A stretch of 64,000 nucleotides of DNA, taken from an uncultured Actinomycetes bacterium. GTDB taxonomy: Bacteria > Actinomycetota > Actinomycetes > Streptosporangiales > Streptosporangiaceae. A program made the position numbers and the translations under genes. The stretch lies in contig CAVWWE010000007.1 of the NCBI GenBank assembly GCA_963758575.1, positions 4,764 to 68,763 on the forward strand, written 5' to 3'. Each line of letters begins with the position of its first letter. The stretch's first letter is position 1. Positions 53,465 through 63,528 of the stretch are shown here, piece after piece. The notes under the pieces are model-generated. The model was not told where the DNA came from, made no database searches, and saw nothing but the letters and a program-made list of their open reading frames with translations.

Positions 53465-55230
53465 CCTGAGTTAGGTCATTTGCTTTAGTGCCTTGGGTTT
53501 GGGTCTTTCAGGGCGTTGATGATGGCGGTCTCGGCGGGGCCGAGCGCGGGCGGGAATGTGTGGATGGTGCCGTTGATCTCGATGGTTGCTGAGCGCAGCG
53601 GCCGCAGGGTCCGCAGGACGCGGCGGATGGATAGGCCGGTGCGGTTCTGCACGGTGCGGGAGACCGCCAGGGCGGTGAACACGATGGTCAGGTGGGCTTC
53701 GATCGCGTCGCGGGTGCGGGCGAACATGGGCCTGGCGGCGAGGTCTGTTTTGGACATCCGGAACGACTGCTCAACGTGCCACAGGTCGTGGTAGCTGGAG
53801 ATCACCTCGGTGGCGGGCATCACGGTTGCCGGGATGTTGGTGACGTAGCCCTTCAGGCCCACCAGCCGCTGGGCGCGGGCGAGTGCGGCCTCATCGAGCA
53901 CGAACCGGCCCCGGGCGGTCTTGACGAACCGGGGCGTGCGGGCGGGCTTGCCACCGGTGATGACCTCGCGGGCCCGGTTGGCCTGGGCGGTGAGGGTCTT
54001 GGTGTCGCGGACGGCGCGGCTGCGCGAGTATGCCCACACCGCCCGCCACGAGGTGGGGTGCACCCCGGGGTCCCACACCGGCTCGGCGAGAAGGGCCGGG
54101 TCGTTGCCGTGGTTGGGCCCGGTCTTGGGGGTGAGGGTGTCGATGACCTGCCCGTCGGTGAAGTAGTCGCCGTGCCAGCGGAAGTGTGACTCCAGGTCGA
54201 TCGGCGCCTTGGTGAGCCGGGACCCGACGATGAAGCTGCAGCCCGCGGCATCCAGCGCGGCCAGGTTCGCGGCCGAGAGCATCCCGGCGTCGGCGACGAC
54301 GGCGAAGTTCTCGGTGCCGTGCCGGGCGCGGAACTGGCTGATGACCGGCAGGATGGTGTGCTTTTCGGCCTTGTTTCCCTCGAAGCAGCCGATCTCCAGC
54401 GGGAAGCCCTGCCGGTCAACCAGCAGCCCGACCAGGATCTGCGGGTCAACCCGGCGTTCCTTGGAGTAGCCGACCTTGCGCAGCCCGTCCTCGTGCTCGG
54501 CCTCGAAATATAGCGTCGTCACGTCATACAGCACGAGCGAGACGTCGCCGCAGGCCAGCACGCGGGTGAAGCACAGCTCGGCGAGACGGCCCCGGTAGTT
54601 CCCGTCGAAGCAGCGGCGCAGCGTCCGTTTGCGCGTGGACAGGCTCGCCGACACCCGGCCCATCTCTGCCAGCACCCGGTCGGCGTCCAGCAAGCTGGTC
54701 GGCTCCACCACCCTGGCGATCACCAGGTCCCGGAACACCTCATCACCCAGCGCGTCGAACCCGAGGTCGGCATACACCCCGGCCAGCACGTCATACAGCA
54801 ACCTTGAGGCGGTCTTCAGCGTCCGCGCCCGCGGCACCACCCGCCGCGCAGCGGGCGCCGGCCCGCCGCCGAACAGTGCCGGCTGCCTGGGGCCCGGGAT
54901 CATCGCGGCCTGCCTGGCCTGCGGGGTGATGCCGAGGTCGAGAACGCCCTGCCGGTCGTCCTCCAGCAGGCGGTGGGCTTCCTCCATCAGCAGCCCGAGC
55001 TCGGCCTCGTCGCGGGCCGAGCCCACATGCCGCACGATCCTGCGCCGGCCCGCCACCGACTCCGCGATCTGCACGGCCGTCAACCCCGATGCCGTGCGAA
55101 CCCGCCGGACCCAGGCCATCACCCGAGTCTATGAGCCAGATTAGTGCCTTAACAGCACACTAAGCCCGCACATCACCGCAGGTCAGCCTGCTCCACCCCT
55201 CCGGAACTGGCCCAAGTGACCCAACTCAGG
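53465..55230 (-). mobile_element. IS1634-family (IS4-like) insertion sequence, 1766 bp, imperfect 19-bp terminal inverted repeats
   Basis: Left end CCTGAGTTAGGTCATTTGC (53465-53483). The reverse complement of the right end is CCTGAGTTGGGTCACTTGG (55212-55230), giving 16/19 identical. Single transposase ORF. The boundaries coincide exactly with the ends of the flanking direct repeats. Confidence 0.85.
53485..55122 (-). CDS. IS1634-family DDE transposase
   Basis: 545 aa. LYDVTTLYFEAE (first D), VVADAGMLSAANL (second D), YHDLWHVEQSFRMSK (Y-x-x-R/E-K type C-terminal signature). Overall layout is like IS1634/IS1549-type transposases as I remember them. Confidence 0.85.
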   Translation of the reverse strand: MMAWVRRVRTASGLTAVQIAESVAGRRRIVRHVGSARDEAELGLLMEEAHRLLEDDRQGVLDLGITPQARQAAMIPGPRQPALFGGGPAPAARRVVPRARTLKTASRLLYDVLAGVYADLGFDALGDEVFRDLVIARVVEPTSLLDADRVLAEMGRVSASLSTRKRTLRRCFDGNYRGRLAELCFTRVLACGDVSLVLYDVTTLYFEAEHEDGLRKVGYSKERRVDPQILVGLLVDRQGFPLEIGCFEGNKAEKHTILPVISQFRARHGTENFAVVADAGMLSAANLAALDAAGCSFIVGSRLTKAPIDLESHFRWHGDYFTDGQVIDTLTPKTGPNHGNDPALLAEPVWDPGVHPTSWRAVWAYSRSRAVRDTKTLTAQANRAREVITGGKPARTPRFVKTARGRFVLDEAALARAQRLVGLKGYVTNIPATVMPATEVISSYHDLWHVEQSFRMSKTDLAARPMFARTRDAIEAHLTIVFTALAVSRTVQNRTGLSIRRVLRTLRPLRSATIEINGTIHTFPPALGPAETAIINALKDPNPRH

Positions 55231-55561
55231 ACGGTGCCGCAGCGAGGTCACCCGGCTGGACGGCGGTGACTTCCTCGAGGAAGTCACCATCACCGACCGG
55301 ACGGCGGACACCGCGCAAGCCCAGCCCTGTGCGGGCTTGTTCCAGCATTCCCGCCGTGTTCGCGGTCGGCGACGTCCACTCCGGCTCGATGAAGCGGGTC
55401 GCCGCAGCCACCGGCGAAGGCGCCAGCGCCATCGCGTCGGTACACAAGGCCATCGCCACGCTGGCCTAGCGACCAAGGGACGCAGGTCGATCCGCATCGG
55501 TTCCGGGCCTTAAAGGACCAAGCCGAGTCAAAGGCCGCTTCCGCTCCCGCCCCGGCGAGAA
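55231..55561 (+). repeat. right copy (331 bp) of the long direct repeat: detached duplicate of the 3' end of the cNMP-TrxR-like gene
   Basis: See the left copy. Encodes RSEVTRLDGGDFLEEVTITDRTADTAQAQPCAGLF, then (after the 113-bp gap) SIPAVFAVGDVHSGSMKRVAAATGEGASAIASVHKAIATLA and the same TAG. Confidence 0.9.
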
Positions 55562-55665
55562 GGCTAGTTTCAACGAAGCCGGGTCACAGACTGCGATGGA
55601 AATAGACGGGCGGGACTGCACGCGTCCGCCCAGCCACCGCCGCTCACGGGGACCAGCGGCGTCGG

Positions 55666-58087
55666 CTAATGCCGCTGGTGTGCAGCGAGGCGGCGGCGCA
55701 TGATCGTGGCCTGTTCGGCTACGGCGAGCCGTAGGACGTTGTCCGGCGGCTCTGCGGCATTTGCGGCCTCGATGGCTGCCTCGGAAACGAGAGTTGCCGG
55801 GAACAGCAGGCGGCTCAGCTGTGCCTTTGGCCGCTGCCTCCTGGTGACGAGTGCGGGGAGGGCCTCGGTGAAGTACCGGTCGAGGTAGCCGGTCATCAGC
55901 TCCTCCTGCCCCGGCACCCAGATGCCGGCCGCGCAGGCCTGCGCGATCCTGGCCAGCTCGCCGGCCGAGAGGGCCACGGCCCAGGCGGCTTCCTTCGCCG
56001 CCAGGTCCGGCTGCAGGGCCAGGCAGGTCGCGCGGTTCACCTCGCCGGTGACGGGGTCGAGCCGCGGCAGCGCGTCGATGTCCTCCCCGCGCGCCAGCCC
56101 GCGTGCGGCGAGGGTGAACAGGATCCGCGCTCGCAGCTCGGCGTCGAGGGTGAGCCCGCCTGGCAGGTCCTTGCCGGCCAGCCAGGCGCCGAGCACGGCG
56201 AGCTGATCGTCGGCCTGCCCGCTGGCGGCGAAGCCGATCAACAGCTTGCGTGCGTCTCCGGCCGCGGTCCGGGTCGCGGCGGCGATCTGTTCCCTCAGGC
56301 CCGCTCGCTGGCGCGGCGGGGCCCACGCGTCGGCGGCCTCGGCAGCGCGGGCGAGCAGCGTCTCGATGCCGACCTCGGGCAGGCCGCCGGCCTGCGCCGG
56401 CGGCAGACCATGTCGGTGAACTGCGCGGCCGGCAGCTCGCCGCTGGTGACCAGCAGCCAGAACCCGTTCCAGCACACCGCCTCGCTGAGCGGATCGCCCA
56501 CCTGGCAGGCGGCCGCGGCCAGCGCTCGCGCGGACCGGACGTCGAACCCGGTCCGCGTGTAGGAGAGGTCCTGGTCGTTGAGCACCACCGCGTCCGCGGA
56601 GGTAAGCCCGGCCACCACGGTCCGCTCCCCGTCGAGCTCCGCATGCACCAGACTGCGACGGTGCAGCTGGCCGTCCCTGTCCAGGTCGTAGAGCCCGATG
56701 CCGATCCGCTGCCGGCGCGGTACGTCCTGGATGACGGCGCCGTCTGCGTCCAGCCGGATCGAGGTCGTGCCCTCGGCGCGCAGCCACTGGTCCGCCCAGC
56801 CGGCCAGGTCCTGCCCGCTGGACCGGGACCAGCATCCGACCAGGTCGTCCAGCGTCGCGCTGCTGAAGGCGAACGTGGTCAGGTAGTCGCTCAGCCCGCG
56901 TCGCAGCGTGTCGTCGCCGATCAGCGCGGCGAGGGAGCGGATGACGCTGGCGCCCTTCACGTAAAGGATGCCGAACGGCTTGTCCCGGCCCTGCGTGGCC
57001 GTGCTGACCGAGACGACACCGGCTCCCGGCTCGGCAGCTCGTCCGCCTGATAAGCCACCGGCTTGTCCGTGTAAGCGAACCCGGCCCACGACAGCGATTC
57101 GCTGACCCCGGCGACCGCGGCCAGCGCGGCGTACGACAAGTAGGTGGCGATCGCTTCGTCGAGCCACACGTCGTCCCACCACCGCGGCCCCACCAGGGCG
57201 CCGAACCACAGGTGTGCCACCTCATGCGCGCAGATCATCGCGCTCTGCTGGTCGCCAGCTGCCTCCGGCCGCCCCAGTAGCTTCTCGTTCACCACCATCA
57301 GGCCGGGGACCGACAGCGCCATGGGGGCCAGGTCGGGCATGAACACGATGTCGTACGCGGGGTAGGGGCACGGCACGCCGAGGCTGTCGGCGTACCAGGC
57401 GATGGCATCGCGGGCATAGCCGGCGAACCGGGGCAGGGAAGCCACCGCCGCCTGGCCAAGTAGCGACTGCCGGTGCCGGACGGTCACTGCCGTCCGGCCC
57501 GCCTCGGTACGCGCTGCCGTCGAGAACGGCCCGGCGCAGAACGTCAGGTCGTACGGCCGCATCCCGCTGACCGGCGTGAACGTGCACACATCGCCCTCGC
57601 GCCGGGCGAGCCGGCCGTTCGCCACGCACTCCCACCCGTCGGGGACGCGCACCGCGAACCGGAACGTCGCGGTCAGATCCGGCTGGTCAAAGCAGCAGAA
57701 CAGCTCCGGCCCGCAGTCCGGGTAGCAGAACGCCATCACGTAGCTCGCGCCGTCCGCCGGATCGGTGAACCGGCTCAGCCCCCGCCCCTCTTGGGAGTAC
57801 CCGGCCTCGGCCTCCACCACCAGGACCGCCTGATCACCCCCGCCGGCCCGGCTCAGCCGCAACCGGCCGTCCTCGGGTGGCGGCAGGGTCACCCCATCGA
57901 GAGTCACGCCGCGCACGCCCTGGGTGCGCAGCTCAGCGACCGTGCTCACGCCCGGCCGCAGCCACCTGAACCGGACCTCGGTTCTGGAAAGCACCGGCTC
58001 GGCCGCCAGGTCGAGAAACACATCATACGAATCGACTTCGATAGCCCGCGCGCGCTCAGTCGCCTCACCCTGGGTCAGATCCGCCAC
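55666..58087 (-). pseudogene. pepN: M1-family aminopeptidase N-like protein, two frame breaks (about 57020-57045 and about 56395-56410)
   Basis: HEVAHLWFG...WLDEA zinc site in ORF 56957..58087. FGILYVKGASVIRSLAALIGDDTL in ORF 56295..57209. The ERAP1-like C-terminal region is in ORF 55666..57225. All pieces are collinear. The span is 2422 nt. Confidence 0.8.
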
Positions 58088-58380
58088 CGGGCGAGCCTAA
58101 CCCGGTCATTGGCCGTGGCCAGCATCAGATCATGGACAGGCTGCCAGCACCGACGCATAACATCCATTCTGGCGCGCCCCGGAAGGCGCCAGCCCCAGCC
58201 CCGCGGCGCCGCTCAGATCGGCGGGAGTGTGCGCGTATTCAGCGCTGTACAGGCCAGTGGCTGAGCGTGATCCGAGGGAACACGCAGAACCCGCGGGGTC
58301 TGGCACTGGAGGTGAGACTGGTAGGGCTCGGCCGGTGCCACCGCGACGAGTGCCACAGCGCTGTGGGTAGGCTCGACCCG

Positions 58381-59052
58381 ATGACGGACTGGGCGGGCTG
58401 GGGGACGTCAATCGGGACGCTTGTCCTGGCTGGCGCTACCTTCGCGGCGCTGCGCTCGTCCAACCGGTCAGCGCGGATCGCCGAGCGGGCACTGCTGGCC
58501 GGGTTGCGGCCGCTGCTTATGCCGTCCCGGCCAGAAGACCCTGGTGAGCACGTGCAGTTCGCCGATGGCCGGGTGCTGGAGGCCCGCGCGGGCCGGGCAT
58601 TGGTCGACGCCCAGGACAGCGTGATCTACCTGGCCATTCCGCTGCGCAACGTGGGGACGGGAATCGCGGTGCTGCGCGGCTACCACACCGAGGCGGAGAC
58701 CGCCGGGCAGGCGGCGCAGGATCCGCAGGGGGCCGCACGGCACCGGCGCGGTGACCCCGTGCCCGATCCAGCGGTGTTCGCCGAGCAGCAGCGGGACCTG
58801 TATGTCCCTCCCGGGAACCTGGGGTTCTGGCAAGCGGCGCTGCGGGACCCTGGCTCGGAGCGCTACCAGCGAACCGAAGAAGCGATCCGCACAGCGGGCC
58901 GCATCACCGTCAACCTGCTCTACACCGACCACGAGGGCGGCCAGCCGGCCATCACCAGGTTCGTACTGCTCCCCGGCGACGCCCAGCACTGGCGCTGCGA
59001 CGTGACACGCCACTGGAACCTCGACCACCTGGCCAGCCCGCGGCCGAGGTGA
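58381..59052 (+). CDS. hypothetical protein with N-terminal TM segment
   Basis: ATG 58381 (MTDWAGWGTSIGTLVLAGATFAAL...). The longer listed ORF start at 58132 runs through non-coding-looking sequence. No recognisable domain. Confidence 0.45.
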   Translation: MTDWAGWGTSIGTLVLAGATFAALRSSNRSARIAERALLAGLRPLLMPSRPEDPGEHVQFADGRVLEARAGRALVDAQDSVIYLAIPLRNVGTGIAVLRGYHTEAETAGQAAQDPQGAARHRRGDPVPDPAVFAEQQRDLYVPPGNLGFWQAALRDPGSERYQRTEEAIRTAGRITVNLLYTDHEGGQPAITRFVLLPGDAQHWRCDVTRHWNLDHLASPRPR

Positions 59053-59666
59053 GCGGCTAACCGTTCCACCGGGAGAGGTCGCGCAGCAGCGCCAATCAGC
59101 ACGCCCACATCTTCCTATTCTGGCGCAGCCCGGGCCGCTGGTACGGCCACTGGGATCGCCGCGCAGATCGGCGGCGATGTGTGCGATGGGCCGGCTTCGG
59201 GACGCTGACGGGCTATCGGGCCGGTGCGGCCGTTTCGAGTTGGCCGATCATCGGGACGAGCAGGTCGTTGAGTTCCCGGACCACTGCGGCCACCGCGCGG
59301 CGTGCTGTCCCTGGTGCATCCTGGGCCGGCCCGGCTGGGGCGGATGACAGGCGATCAAGGGGGATGGGGGCCTGGACCATGAGCGAGGCCCGCAAGTGCG
59401 GGGCCCGGGTCAGGTTCTGCTCCGACGGCGCGACGTACTGGCCGAACAACTGGGGCCAGTCCCGCCAGCCCCGGTCCTGGCACCACAGCCTGGTCCGGGT
59501 CAGCCCCTCCGGCCACGGGCGAGGGCACCGCGACCTCGCCCGATCCGGACGGCCCTTGGGCCAGCGTCCCTATCTGCAGCGCGATCTGGGCGATGGCCTA
59601 GGGGCCAGCCGAACCGGGCGCGTCCTCGTTGCGGGATCAGCGGCATGTATTGATGAGCCGTTCCGG

Positions 59667-60362
59667 TCAGCCGCCGGCGCCGCGATCGTCGAGTTCGAGC
59701 TTGGCCCGGGGGCCGATCGCGTAGCGGATGTGGGTCACCTCGGGCGTTTCGACCACACGGGTCGGGGTGAGCTCGATGCCCTCGCGGACGTCCAGCCCAA
59801 GGCCGGCGTCGAACAGCCGCATGCCGTCGCCGAGCAGCACTGGGGTGATGTGCAACTCGAGCTCATCCAGCAGCCCGGCCGCCAGGACCTGACGCAACAG
59901 CGTGCCCCCTCCGGCGACGGCGACGTTTTTGCCGCCGGCGGCGTCCTTGGCCAGTCCGACGGCCCGCTCGATCCCGTCGGTCACGAACGTGAAGGACGTC
60001 CCGCCCGCGCGCTCGAGGATCTCCCGGTCGCGGTGGGTCACCACGAACACCGGGGCCCGGAATGGCGGCTCCTCACCCCACGGGATCTCGCCGCCGTCGA
60101 ACATGCGCCGGCCCATGAGGTAGGCGCCGGCGGCGGCGAACGTCTCCTCGACGATCTGCGAGTTGACCGACCGCTCGCCGCCGGCGTAGCCCTGCCGCTC
60201 CCGCCAGGCCGTGGCGTCGATGACCCATCGGGTGACCCGGAAGAACCCGGGCCCTTCCGGGCCTTCTAGCCAGGCCGCCATGTCGTGCGGGTCGGTCGAG
60301 CTTCGTGGCCCGGCGTAGTAGCCGTCGAGCGAAACAGACATCTGGGCGGTGACTTTGGTCAT
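59667..60362 (-). CDS. dihydrofolate-reductase-family protein (RibD C-terminal domain type)
   Basis: MSVSLDGYYAGP, YLMGRRMF, PVFVVTH, NVAVAGGGTLLRQVLAAGLLDELELHITPVLLGDGMRLF. Confidence 0.85.
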   Translation of the reverse strand: MTKVTAQMSVSLDGYYAGPRSSTDPHDMAAWLEGPEGPGFFRVTRWVIDATAWRERQGYAGGERSVNSQIVEETFAAAGAYLMGRRMFDGGEIPWGEEPPFRAPVFVVTHRDREILERAGGTSFTFVTDGIERAVGLAKDAAGGKNVAVAGGGTLLRQVLAAGLLDELELHITPVLLGDGMRLFDAGLGLDVREGIELTPTRVVETPEVTHIRYAIGPRAKLELDDRGAGG

Positions 60363-60680
60363 CCCTGCTCCTCCTCGCGGGGGGCGGCCCTAGTGGCCGC
60401 CCGGTACCAGTTAGTCGCAGCCGGGCGGCCGGCCTCGACACGGCCGCGAAATATCTCTTGTGGATCAGGGCAGGCACACGAGGTGCAGGATCGCTACCCG
60501 GACTGGTTCTCATGGTGGCTGCAGCAGAAGACCACACACGCCCGGGACCAGCCGGGCCGTAGCGCCTGGCGAAGAAACGCCGAAACGGTTTACTCCAACC
60601 ACCAGCAATCATGCTGACCGTGGGCCCGGCACATGCCAGGCTGGTCTTGGCCATGCAGGGCATGGGATGATCTTCGGCTT

Positions 60681-60790
60681 GTGTGCTTGAAGCTGATCTT
60701 CCTAATTGTCACCCGTGCTGTGTCGCTGCTGGGCTTGTCGCGGCGGGAGTGGTGATGGACGGATGCCGAGATCCTTATGCTGCGCCTGCA
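60681..60790 (+). pseudogene. about 35-codon N-terminal remnant of an actinomycete transposase/integrase, with in-frame stop
   Basis: CLKLIFLIVTRAVSLLGLSRREW*WTDAEILMLRLQ resembles the conserved N-termini (..LARS..KDAEILVLRHQ..) of a common actinobacterial rve-type transposase group. It breaks off at about 60790, where a DMT/EamA-like C-terminal fragment (TLFAAVILGALIYGEAL) follows in another frame. Confidence 0.3.
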
Positions 60791-61011
60791 GACGCCGTCA
60801 CCCTCTTCGCTGCGGTCATCCTCGGGGCCCTCATCTACGGCGAGGCCCTGAGCCGTGGCGGCGGTCGCCCAGCGGCCGAGTCGGCACCAGGAGACGGTGT
60901 CGCCGCCCCGGAGCCGGGCCATAACGTCTAGGTCATGAGGGTCACTTCCATCGGCCCCGGCAGCGGCCGGATGCCGGTAGCGCGGCGCCGGGCCGGGAAC
61001 GGGGATGCCCC

Positions 61012-61674
61012 GTGAGCGTGGTGATCACCATAGCGCTGCTCGGCCTGCTGGCCAGCGTGTCCCCCAGCACGATCATCGTGTTCATCCTGCTGCTAGACAC
61101 GACACGGGCGCGCGTCAACGCGGCCGCCTTCTTGATCGGGTGGAGCATCTCACTGGTCATCGTGTTCACCGCGAGCTATGCGGTCGGAGGAGCCGACACC
61201 CTTCAGTACGGTAGCGGTGATATGGCCGTGAAGGCCGTCGAGATCCTGCTCGGTGCCGCCCTCGCCGTTGCCGCCGCGCGGCAATGGAGACACCGGGACC
61301 AGCCCAGGACCGGTTCAGGACTCACCAAGAAGTTCACCGCCCGCCTGAAGCAGCTCCATCCGTGGGAAGCAGCCACCGTCGGGGTCTTCGAGCAGCCGTG
61401 GACGCTCACCGTCGCCGCTGCCGTGCTCCTAGTGCGCCACCATGCTGCGCTCCGTATCGTCGTGTTTGCCTTCCTGGTCTTCTCCCTGCTGTCGACGGCC
61501 ACGATCGGCCTGATCTTCTTGTACTTCGCCCGGCGTCCCGGGCAGGCTGAAGTGCACTTGTCCGACCTGAAGGATCGTCTGGTAAAGGCCGGCCCTGCGG
61601 TCTTCGCGATCGTGTCCCTCGTGGTCGGCGTCTACCTCATTGTCGACGGCGTTATCGGCATCGTGGGCAGCTAA
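61012..61674 (+). CDS. GAP-family (DUF2910-like) integral membrane protein
   Basis: GTG start. Six hydrophobic segments. N-terminal VVITIALLGLLASVSPSTIIVFILLL fits the GAP/Sap-type family as I recall it. GC is lower than the window average. Confidence 0.55.
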   Translation: MSVVITIALLGLLASVSPSTIIVFILLLDTTRARVNAAAFLIGWSISLVIVFTASYAVGGADTLQYGSGDMAVKAVEILLGAALAVAAARQWRHRDQPRTGSGLTKKFTARLKQLHPWEAATVGVFEQPWTLTVAAAVLLVRHHAALRIVVFAFLVFSLLSTATIGLIFLYFARRPGQAEVHLSDLKDRLVKAGPAVFAIVSLVVGVYLIVDGVIGIVGS

Positions 61675-61846
61675 GACACTGAGCACCCTGACGAACCACG
61701 ACGGGACAGCGGCCTGCTGAGTTAGCGCGATCGTTGCCAGCTGCAGCCGGGTGGCGGCGAGCACATGTGCCTCCCTTCCCGGCAGGCCGTTGCTGCTCTG
61801 CCTAAAAGCCGGACAACCCGCAGATCGCCCAATCGGGTCACCGGGC

Positions 61847-62647
61847 TCAGCTCACTTGAACGACATCGAAGCCGATGATGACACCGTGATGAACCGTATA
61901 CGTGCCCTGATAGGTGCTGACCGTGCCGTCGGTCTGCTGGGCGTTAAGACGGGCGGTGACAACGTCACCTGAGACCGACACGATGGTCAGCGTGTCTTTC
62001 GCGGTTCCGCTGAATCCGCTGACGAACTCAGCGTAGGACCCTCCGGTGTTCCGGCCGCCGAGGCGCCAGGCCCGGGCGTAGTGGTGGCCGTTGATAGCAG
62101 CCACGTACGCGCGCACTGTCGCTGTTGGGCGTCTCGGCGTCCGCACCTGGACGGTGGGATAGAGGGCAGCTGCGACCCGGCTGGGGTTCAGCTCCTGGGA
62201 TGCTCTGCTCAGCCCGGCGTCGGTTACAGCATGGTTAGCGGCCGCAGGCGGGGCGCTCACGGTATGCGGCGAATCCGCGAGGAACTTGTACCCCACGAAA
62301 CCGAGTGCCGCGACGAGCGCCAGCCCTAGCACCGCGGTCCGGTTCGGCCGGTGCCGCTTAGGCGTTTGGCCCGGCGTTAGCAGTTCGTCCAGGCTCACCG
62401 CCGACAGCACGCCCGGCGCACGGTGGACCGCGTCATACTCGCAGATCAGCGGCTCGGGATCAGCCCGGACGGCCTGGGCAATGCTACGGATATTCCCCCG
62501 GGCATAAAAGTCGCCACCACACGCCGAGTAATCGTCGTCCTCGATCCCTGCGATAATCGCTTCCCGGATGCGGGTCCGCCGGCTGACCTCAGCGACGGTG
62601 AGGCCGGCCCGCCCGCGCGCTTCCGCCAGCGCTTCTCCGACCCGCAC
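61847..62647 (-). CDS. Xre/RodZ-like HTH protein with one TM and an extracytoplasmic C-terminal domain
   Basis: VGEALAEARGRAGLTVAEVSRRTRIREAIIAGIEDDDY (HTH_25-type), TM AVLGLALVAALGFVGY, C-terminal YVAAINGHHYARAWRLGG...GTYTVHHGVII small-domain pattern. Confidence 0.7.
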   Translation of the reverse strand: MRVGEALAEARGRAGLTVAEVSRRTRIREAIIAGIEDDDYSACGGDFYARGNIRSIAQAVRADPEPLICEYDAVHRAPGVLSAVSLDELLTPGQTPKRHRPNRTAVLGLALVAALGFVGYKFLADSPHTVSAPPAAANHAVTDAGLSRASQELNPSRVAAALYPTVQVRTPRRPTATVRAYVAAINGHHYARAWRLGGRNTGGSYAEFVSGFSGTAKDTLTIVSVSGDVVTARLNAQQTDGTVSTYQGTYTVHHGVIIGFDVVQVS

Positions 62648-63019
62648 GTCGCGCCTCCACTACTCCATCGAACTGCGCGCCGGACCCAATCGCGAGGTGC
62701 CGGCGATCATGACCGCATCAATACCGATATGCCCGTGCCGGAACTAACCCAAAGCGCCACCACCGTTAGGCGCCGTACGTGTGTTCGGGCATGGCATCTT
62801 TTCCTTGCCTAGCGCTGCTGGCCGGGCCCCGCGTTCTGGCCGCCAGGCCATCGAGGTCAGGCCGCTGAGCTGGGAGGATTCCTCTCACGCGTCCCGGATC
62901 CACCGTCGCCAGAGTCGCGCCTCGCGTTGGAGCGTATTCGCAGCCACCCATAGCCGGTCCGCGGCCGGGATCCGGCGGGTCCGCGGCCAGGTGGGCTAAG
63001 GCCGGGCTGGCCCGGCAGC

Positions 63020-63415
63020 TTAGCGGCGGTCTGGCGGCTGCCGCACCGCGGAGTTGACGTTGGCGTAGCTGACGTTGTACGCGATGTTGATAGCCGTGAT
63101 CGCGATCCAGACCACCAGCAGGCCCACGATTCCTGCCGGGTGGGTACCGACTGCGAGGGCAATCGCGCTGAGCGGGATGCCCAGGGTCATGGAGATGATC
63201 GCGAGCGCCATCGGGGACCCCGGATGGCCGCGCCGGTCCCGTGCCATCGGCTGCGCCGCTTGCTGTTGCGCGAGCCGAGCGTCCACCCGGGCGTCAATCT
63301 CGCGGCCGACCTTGTCCAGGAACGACTCGATCACTGCGTCCCGGTAGGCATATCCGAGCTCGTTGTGTGTTTCTGCAGCGGCGCGGATCTCCTCGGGGGA
63401 CAGCGAGGAACTCAT
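63020..63415 (-). CDS. hypothetical two-TM membrane protein
   Basis: ATG 63415 (MSSSLSPEEIRAAAETHNELGYAYRDAVIESFLDKV...), then two hydrophobic segments. Confidence 0.5.
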   Translation of the reverse strand: MSSSLSPEEIRAAAETHNELGYAYRDAVIESFLDKVGREIDARVDARLAQQQAAQPMARDRRGHPGSPMALAIISMTLGIPLSAIALAVGTHPAGIVGLLVVWIAITAINIAYNVSYANVNSAVRQPPDRR

Positions 63416-63528
63416 GCGGACACGATATGTCCTTGCCGGGCTTCTGTCATCGCAGGAAGCGGGGCGATGGGAAGTATGAAGCCCGATCAAGCCCGGTCAT
63501 TTGCTTGGCACCCACGGCGTCGGCTCGC

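Noticed and set aside
58150-59187. An imperfect ~85-bp direct repeat bracketing the orphan gene. ATTCTGGCGC-N37/38-CAGATCGGCGG-N2/4-GTGTGCG occurs at 58166-58233 and 59117-59185, suggesting a second long target duplication.
   Set aside because: Identity is patchy (exact 10-mer, 11-mer and 7-mer blocks with about 40% identity between them). In 64 kb of GC-biased sequence, hundreds of chance 11-mer matches are expected, so collinear double hits are not clearly significant without a proper alignment statistic.
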